Part shown: in pieces, positions 56,860 through 64,000 of the stretch
Layout: every line of letters starts with the position of its first letter
Position numbering within the stretch: position 1 is the stretch's first letter
From: Eledone cirrhosa
Lineage: Eukaryota
Direction of reading: 5' to 3'
DNA: 64,000 nucleotides
Assembly: GCA_964016885.1 (NCBI GenBank)
Contig: OZ024748.1
Coordinates: forward strand, 22,258,001 to 22,322,000
Position numbers and translations under genes: made by a program
The notes under the pieces: model-generated
Database searches by the model: none
What the model was told of the DNA's origin: nothing
What the model saw: only the letters and a program-made list of their open reading frames with translations

Positions 56860-57364
56860 TAGAGGTCCGCGGACCACCGGTGGTCCGAGAGAAAATGTTG
56901 GTGGCCCGCAGCAAAATAATATTCGGTTAAAATATATTTTATAAAACCCCTAAGAAATGTTTCTCCTCAGAAAAGAAGTAACATCCATGAAAGAATTTTA
57001 CACATATGTATCATCTATCGACAATATGGTACACGTACGCTTTAGTATTGTTTAATAATATGGAAGTTCTCTGATTGGCAGTATCGGTAGAGCGGCAGAC
57101 ACCATGCTTTGTAGCATAGAGTTATGGCCCTTTACGTTTTGAGTTCAAATGCCGCTGCGGTTAAATTTGCCTTTCATCTCTACGGTGTCGATAAAATAAA
57201 GTACCAGTAATGCACTGGGGTAAATGCAGGGCTTGTGCCTAAAGTAGAAACAATTACTTTTTACAAATATATTTATCTTTATTTTTAAATTCATATTAGT
57301 GATCCGCGGGATTTAAAGTTATGTATTTAATGGTCCGTGGGGTCGGAAAGGCTGGCGACCGCTG
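56860..57364. mobile_element. hAT-like MITE with 8-bp TSD, interrupted by a SINE (57073-57256)
   Basis: TSD gtttagtg at 56852-56859 and 57365-57372; ggtccgcgg subterminal motifs; end ggctggcgaccgctg. Confidence 0.6.
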
Positions 57365-58004
57365 GTTTAGTGTGTTCTTTGATGTGTAGAACTGATCGAG
57401 TCGATAGACCGTCCGATATTCCTGTGGTTGCGTAATATATTCCGTCTCTCTGAGTTCAAATCCCACCAAGCTTAACTTTACCTTTCTTTCTTTCGAGGTC
57501 GATTAAAAAAAAATTCATCTGTCCAGTACTGGGGTCGATTTTTCCCTCTAAAACTTTTTTTCACTTCCTCCATATCACTTTCTTCTGGAAGAAATCGGCT
57601 GTGTTCAGACATGGAGAGAAGATGTGTGCTTGTGTGCACGTTTGTGTATGTGTCTCTGTATGTGTTTTCTATATGTGTGCTTGCAGATATAATGACAAAA
57701 GCTATATGTATACACATACACACACAATACACATACACAATTCTAATGTAATTTACATATAGTTTCAATTCATATATAAATACATTCAAATAGTGTGTGA
57801 TTATGCCGTCACCAAGAGTTCACTAAGGATAATAACACGTTTCACGGGATACATACATGTTTTAAGTAGTTAGCTTGAATATATATACGATACATCTGGA
57901 AATATATGGAAGCACAACTGAGATACAAACATATACTGGAAATATCTCCATTGGACATGTCTATAATGGACGTACCAAAAAAATAGAACTAGTTTGTTCG
58001 GATA

Positions 58005-58123
58005 GAAGTATATATATTATTGAAGTATATATATAGTAGCTTATATATAGTATTGAAGTATATATTTTAGATAGAACTATATGTATAGTAGTATGTGTAT
58101 ATTATTGAAGTATATGTATAGGA

Positions 58124-58164
<41 letters not shown>

Positions 58165-58358
58165 AAGTATATGTATAGTAGTATATATATATTATTGAAG
58201 TATATGTATAGTAGTATATATATATTATTGAAGTATATGTATAGTAGTATATATATATTATTGAAGTATATGTATAGGAGTATATATATATATATATATA
58301 TATTATTGAAGTATATGTATAGTAGTATATATATATTATTGAAGTATATGTATAGGAG

Positions 58359-58390
<32 letters not shown>

Positions 58391-58473
58391 AAGTATATGT
58401 ATAGTAGTATATATATATTATTGAAGTATATGTATAGTAGTATATATATATTATTGAAGTATATGTATAGGAG

Positions 58474-58507
<34 letters not shown>

Positions 58508-58590
58508 AAGTATATGTATAGTAGTATATATATATTATTGAAGTATATGTATAGGAGTATATATATATTATTGAAGTATATGTATAGGAG

Positions 58591-58622
<32 letters not shown>

Positions 58623-58672
58623 AAGTATATGTATAGTAGTATATATATATTATTGAAGTATATGTATAGGAG

Positions 58673-58704
<32 letters not shown>

Positions 58705-58787
58705 AAGTATATGTATAGTAGTATATATATATTATTGAAGTATATGTATAGTAGTATATATATATTATTGAAGTATATGTATAGGAG

Positions 58788-58821
<34 letters not shown>

Positions 58822-59192
58822 AAGTATATGTATAGTAGTATATATATATTATTGAAGTATATGTATAGGAGTATATATATTTATTATTAAAGTATATGTA
58901 TAGTGATATATATATTATGGAAGTATGTATATAAGATGGAAGTATATTATATAAGTATGTATATTAATGAAGTATATATTTTAGATAGAAGTATATTATA
59001 TAAGTATGTATATTAAGGAAGTATATATTTTAGATAGAAGTATATTATATAAGTATGTATATTATTGAAGTATATATTTTAGATAGAAGTATATTATATA
59101 AGTATGTATATTAATGAAGTATATATTTTAGATAGAAGTATATTATATAAGTATGTATATTATTGAAGTATATATTTTAGATAGAAGTATAT
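58005..59192. repeat. AT-rich minisatellite with variable (TA)n
   Basis: tattattgaagtatatgtatagtagta(ta)n units, then a ~45-bp variant. Confidence 0.9.
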
Positions 59193-59711
59193 GTAGTATT
59201 AGGTAGAGAGGTATTTCCATGCGCATGAGTGTCATGTGAGAAAGCTGGCATATTGTGAAATTTAGAGCCAACTTGGTGGCGACTTCTTGTGAGAGTAGTA
59301 TTAGGTTTACTTCGATTCTTGGTTAATAGTAAACGCTGAGTTTAGAGGGACATTGCTGATTCTTTCATAGGTGTGGGAGTAATTCCTTGCCTTTTATACC
59401 TGAAACACTAAAGCAACAATGTAACGGTGTCGAGACAGGTAGAATCAACATCAAGTTACATCCACAAGCAGAGCGAGAGTGGTCAATCCGGGAGTGTAAA
59501 GAAGTCGAGACTTCTGCACGATGTTAACTACTGTAAAGTGCAGGTGGGATTTGAAGAAAACACTCATGTTTTCATGTTATATTATAATAACAAAGTAATG
59601 CCTTGACTGTATGATATAGTCTGATTTGACCAAAGATGTTCAGATTGTTAAGTGGATAGTAAAATGGTATGGCAATAGAGGATTGGAACATGAAATATGA
59701 ATAAGGAAATC

Positions 59712-60085
59712 GTATGATACATGATTATATATTACATACTTCATCTAGACGTGGTATATTGGGGGTCTGTAGCTATGTACTATATGATACTTCACCTAGA
59801 TGTGGTATATCGTGGATCTCTAAATATATATATTATATGATACTTCAGCTAGACGTGGTATATCGTGGATCTGTAGCTATATATTATATGATACTTCACC
59901 TAGATGTAGTATATCGAAGGTCTGTAAATATATGTATTATATGATACTTCAACTAGATGTGTTATATCGTGGGTCTGTAGGTATTTATAGTATATGATAT
60001 TTCATCCAGATGTGATATATCTGTCGGTATCTGTATATAGTATATGATATTTCATGTAGACGTGGTGTATCGTGAGTATGTAGCT
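59712..60085. repeat. ~52-bp diverged tandem repeat, ~7 copies
   Basis: tatgatacttcacctagatgtggtatatcgtggatctgtag. Confidence 0.8.
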
Positions 60086-60488
60086 TTATTCACTAAGTCT
60101 AGCTTTGCTGACATTATGTTTGGAAAGCATATCAGAACAATAGACTCATGTACTGCGGAGGGATGTACAGAATAAATCATCATAAATATGGCAGGCAATG
60201 TTGAGACCAAAGAATAATTACTCAGAAAGTAGGGATTCGGATGATTTGCTGCGGAACTAGAATTGCTATCACTTCCTCAGATCCGGTGAGATGGTTGCAA
60301 GGATCACAGAGGAGACATTGGGCTACTGTGTGTGGAGGTCAGAAGAAACCGAAAACTCACTGGTAGAGGCCACGCTGCTTGTCACAATTTCAGGGAGAGA
60401 TAATGTCGGAAGGGGCTGATATCGTTGTGATCTCGGGGCGACAGCAGATGACTGGAGTGTCGCTGTATGTTTGTACGTATGTATGTAT

Positions 60489-61366
60489 GTTCTTCTGGTT
60501 TTATAATTTCACAAAGTTTTACCAATAGAGAGAGAGTCGGTTTCTAACATAGACACAAGACTCTCTCATTGGAATTTACACAACATCAACTAGGTAGATA
60601 TGTATGTATGTCTGCATGCATGCATGTGTAGATATGGATGTTATTGTATGTGTGGATGTGTATGTTTTGAGTTGTATGTGTGCATGTGTGTATGCTTTGT
60701 ATCCGTACATGTGTATATGCAGTTATTAGATGCAATATTTTTGGAATGTTTTACATATTTTTACTGTTCCATTAATGGATTGTACTTGTAATTTCCTAAC
60801 TAGTTGTGTTCTTTCTGTTCCTGTGAAGCCTAGCTTCTCAAGATTTGTATTGAGGCAGTTACTAACATATCCCAGTGCCCCAATAATCACAGGCATAAAT
60901 CTGAAGGTGTAATCAAGGTGGAGTATCTGCAGATTTCTCATCAGTTCTGCATAAATATTCTCCTTTTCGCTAATCTTTGATATTATATTGGCATCTGCTG
61001 GGAAGGTAATTTCCATACTGTGCGTGTTTTCCTCTCCCCGTCCTATATCATAATATCTGGTCTGTTATGCCTGCATTTTATTGGGGTTTTTACTGGACCA
61101 TTCCACCAGTACTCTTTCATATTATGCACATGGATGTCTTCCACATTGTTGTAGCTTTTAATGTGTTTATCATCGGGGCTATCTTTTTTACGAACTGCAT
61201 TGTACAGTGTTTTGGCCACTACATGAAGCCTCATAGGTAGATAGTACCGCGATGACATCTTTGGGCAGCTGCTGATGACATGGGTGATATCCTCGATGTT
61301 AGTTCTGCAGAGTCTGCACTTGTTATCACATCTAGGTGTTTTGCCTGCATCCCTATCTCTTTTGTG
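60489..61366 (-). mobile_element. 5'-truncated R4/NeSL-type (restriction-like endonuclease) retrotransposon in (CATA)n
   Basis: CRLCRTNIEDITHVISSC, EYWWN, HNRPDIMI, EITFP, KENIY, PVIIGALG; stop and frameshift present; (CATA)n at both junctions. Confidence 0.85.
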
Positions 61367-61452
61367 ATGTATGTATGTGTGTATGTATGTATGTATGTAT
61401 GTATGTATGTATGTATGTATGTATGTATGTATGTATGTATGTATGTATGTAT

Positions 61453-62052
61453 GTCGGGTCACTCTTAAGTGCTACTGGTAACATGTAACCCAGTACAACC
61501 TGTCGCATGGTCGGGTCGTCGGCGATTAAACTGGCAACCCCACAAAGTTTACTTGGTGAGGAGGGTGATTTTGGACAGCCTGCAGGACAAAAAACAAAAC
61601 CTGACAAAGGGCGGAAGAACTCATAAGAGTCAACGGCCATCCAAATGTGTGTAAATATGTATATACACATGTACCGCGCGGTTAAACCACTGGGAGAGAA
61701 GGACCCCTAGCCTTTGTCAGGGCATTCTTCTAGGAGAAAGCAACTCAGGAAACTGGGATAAAACCTGCGGCTCAGTAGTTACAGATGATGTTGATCTTTT
61801 CTTCTTTTCGGGTTATAGCTACTGTTGCTCAGAGAGTGGGATTGGCTCAGTGCACAGTGTTTCCTCACTTTAAAAAATATCTTCATGCACGATAGAATAA
61901 ATTAATAATTGTTTCTACTTTAGGCACAAGGCCAGCAATCATCACCCAGTGCATTACTGGTACTTTATTTTATCGACCCCGTAAGGATTTAATAATTATT
62001 AATAATGGTATATCGTGCAATGGCCATACTCGATAACGAGGGGGAAGCCGTT
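61453..62052 (+). mobile_element. Non-autonomous RTE-like element in (TATG)n with a nested SINE fragment (61905-61988, -)
   Basis: Structured 5' leader; homology to 30620-30800; 3' hairpin ctcg-ataa-cgag then (TATG)n. Confidence 0.55.
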
Positions 62053-62280
62053 ATGTATGTATGTAAGTATGTATGTATGTATGTATGTATGTATGTATGT
62101 ATGTATGTATGTATGTATGTGTGTATGTATGTATGTGTGTATGTATGTGTGTATGTATGTATGTGTATATGTTTGTATATGTGTTTGTATGGATGTATGA
62201 ATGTATGTATGCATGTTTACTTTTCCTCTTACCCCCCCTCCACAGACGCAACCCCCCCCCCATATATATATATATATATA

Positions 62281-62460
62281 AAGCAAGTGGAACGGATGGG
62301 AACCACAGTTAGATAAGGTGCTCAATACATTAGTAGAGAAGGTATATATAGAAATGGCTCCTACAGAACTAGAACTGTTTCATTAGTTTGAAACCACTAG
62401 GACATTTCTGATGATTTCAAACGTATGAAACAGTTCTAGACACGTAGGAGTTATATAGTA
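62281..62460 (-). mobile_element. Family C fold-back mini-element, diverged
   Basis: aaccacagtt...gtgctcaatac tail; ctagaactgtttcat / atgaaacagttctag arms; CTGATGA at ~62409. Confidence 0.65.
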
Positions 62461-62552
62461 TACACACGCAGACACTTGCACATACATACACATACACATG
62501 CGCACACACACATATATATATACGTACATATATACACGCACACATACGCACT

Positions 62553-62583
<31 letters not shown>

Positions 62584-62786
62584 GCATATATATATATATG
62601 TATATGTATATGTATGTATATATATACATATATATGTATGTATATATATACATGTATATATATACATGTATATATATTATGTATATATATATGTATATTT
62701 ATGTATATATGTATATGTTTGTATATATGTATATGTATGCATATATATATATATGTATGTATATATATATATATGTATGTATATAT

Positions 62787-62858
<72 letters not shown>

Positions 62859-62860
<2 letters not shown>

Positions 62861-63060
62861 CGAACGAAAGAGGTGTGGTAAGGAACCAGATGGACAATAA
62901 CGCACCAGAGTACTCAATACTTAGGGTAGTAGAGTGGGTAAAAGTAAAAAGTAAAAAGTAAACCCCGACGGCACAGCTCAAGCCGTTTCGACGGATATTT
63001 CTGGAAATAGCCGTCGAAACGGCTAGAGCTCTGCCATCGGGGTTTACTTTTTACTTTTTC
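62859..63060 (-). mobile_element. Fold-back mini-element (family F) in (TA)n
   Basis: Arms 62947-63001 / 63004-63059; cGAAA-cggc-TA (3' half of a hammerhead); tail with gtactcaata at 62910. Confidence 0.65.
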
Positions 63061-63306
63061 CTTATATATATATGTCCTTATATATATATTTCCTTATATA
63101 TATATTTGCTAAACAAATTCAGAAACGATATATATATATAATTTTTCCATATATATATATATATATATACAGTAAATGGTAAATTCACACTTAAAATTTT
63201 AATGCATTATAATTTTAAGACGATATATAAGAAATAAAAAGTAATCGACTGTAGCTTACCTCGTTTGATTTTTTTTCCATATCTGTGAGGTGTATTTAGA
63301 TGTTTC

Positions 63307-63343
63307 TGACGTCACCGGTTGACCGAAATAAATGACGTCATTT
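63307..63343. promoter_or_regulatory. Two perfect CRE palindromes (TGACGTCA)
   Basis: 63307-63314 and 63333-63340, the second inside the 14-bp palindrome aaatgacgtcattt. Confidence 0.35.
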
Positions 63344-63446
63344 GAGCTGATCACGTACCCTTCTCAGGGTTTTCAACGTTAAAAACCTCAACACAGAGAT
63401 CAACATATATATATCTATGTACGTATAAATATATATATATATATAT

Positions 63447-63511
<65 letters not shown>

Positions 63512-63631
63512 TGTGTGTGTGTGTGTGTGTGTGTGCCTGTGTGTATGTGTGAGTGTGTATGCGTATGTATGGGGTGTATATGTGAGTGTCTTTATACAGA
63601 TAGATGTATATTTATGCATATACATATACAC

Positions 63632-63671
<40 letters not shown>

Positions 63672-63735
63672 GTGTATATGTATATGCATAAATATATATA
63701 TATTAACATACGTACAATATATATATATGTATATA

Positions 63736-63835
63736 CAGTGAAATTCCGTTATAATGAGATTCAGGGGGTATTAGAAAAATTCGTTGTAACGAAAAATTCC
63801 TTATAATAGTATTCGTTATAACAGAATTTTACCTG
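63736..63835. mobile_element. Small Tigger/pogo-like MITE
   Basis: ta-cagtgaaattccgttataatga ... tcgttataacagaattttacctg; internal ttcgttrtaac repeats. Confidence 0.55.
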
Positions 63836-63928
63836 CATATAAAATATTCTGAGAATTAAATAGAAAAGAAAGTAAACGGTGTCATCAATTACGTGCAGAT
63901 TGAAACATACACACACACACACACACAG

Positions 63929-63960
<32 letters not shown>

Positions 63961-64000
63961 ATACACATATATATATATACTGCATTTCCCGGCGCCGAAG

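Overview
Eukaryotic, AT-rich, microsatellite-saturated non-coding DNA. The repeat landscape (tRNA-derived SINE ending in an (ATT)n tail, abundant (TA)n, (CA)n and (TATG)n) looks like a cephalopod, probably Octopus; this is an inference. No host protein-coding gene can be supported, and nearly all short ORFs in the track are microsatellite artefacts. Main content: (1) two full-length, near-identical ~6.03 kb L1/Tx1-type non-LTR retrotransposons (ORF1 with CCHC knuckle, ORF2 APE-RT-Zn finger), each independently inserted in (TTA)n and carrying a multi-hairpin 5' leader; (2) a 5'-truncated Penelope-like element (PLE; RT thumb plus GIY-YIG) folded into a 2.3 kb inverted repeat, with a hammerhead ribozyme motif in its 3' UTR; (3) about 8-10 tiny non-coding fold-back elements of several unrelated families, mostly in (TA)n. 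They share one layout: inverted duplication, minimal hammerhead motif (including a U3-A8 core variant and a 104-nt stem II variant), then an unduplicated tail often carrying TTGAGTRC; (4) R4/Dong-like fragments in (TAA)n and (CATA)n, RTE fragments, and non-autonomous RTE-like derivatives with a candidate 5' ribozyme; (5) SINEs, MITEs and minisatellites. The most interesting signal is a set of microsatellite-targeting retroelements partitioned by repeat motif, especially the hammerhead-bearing fold-back mini-elements.
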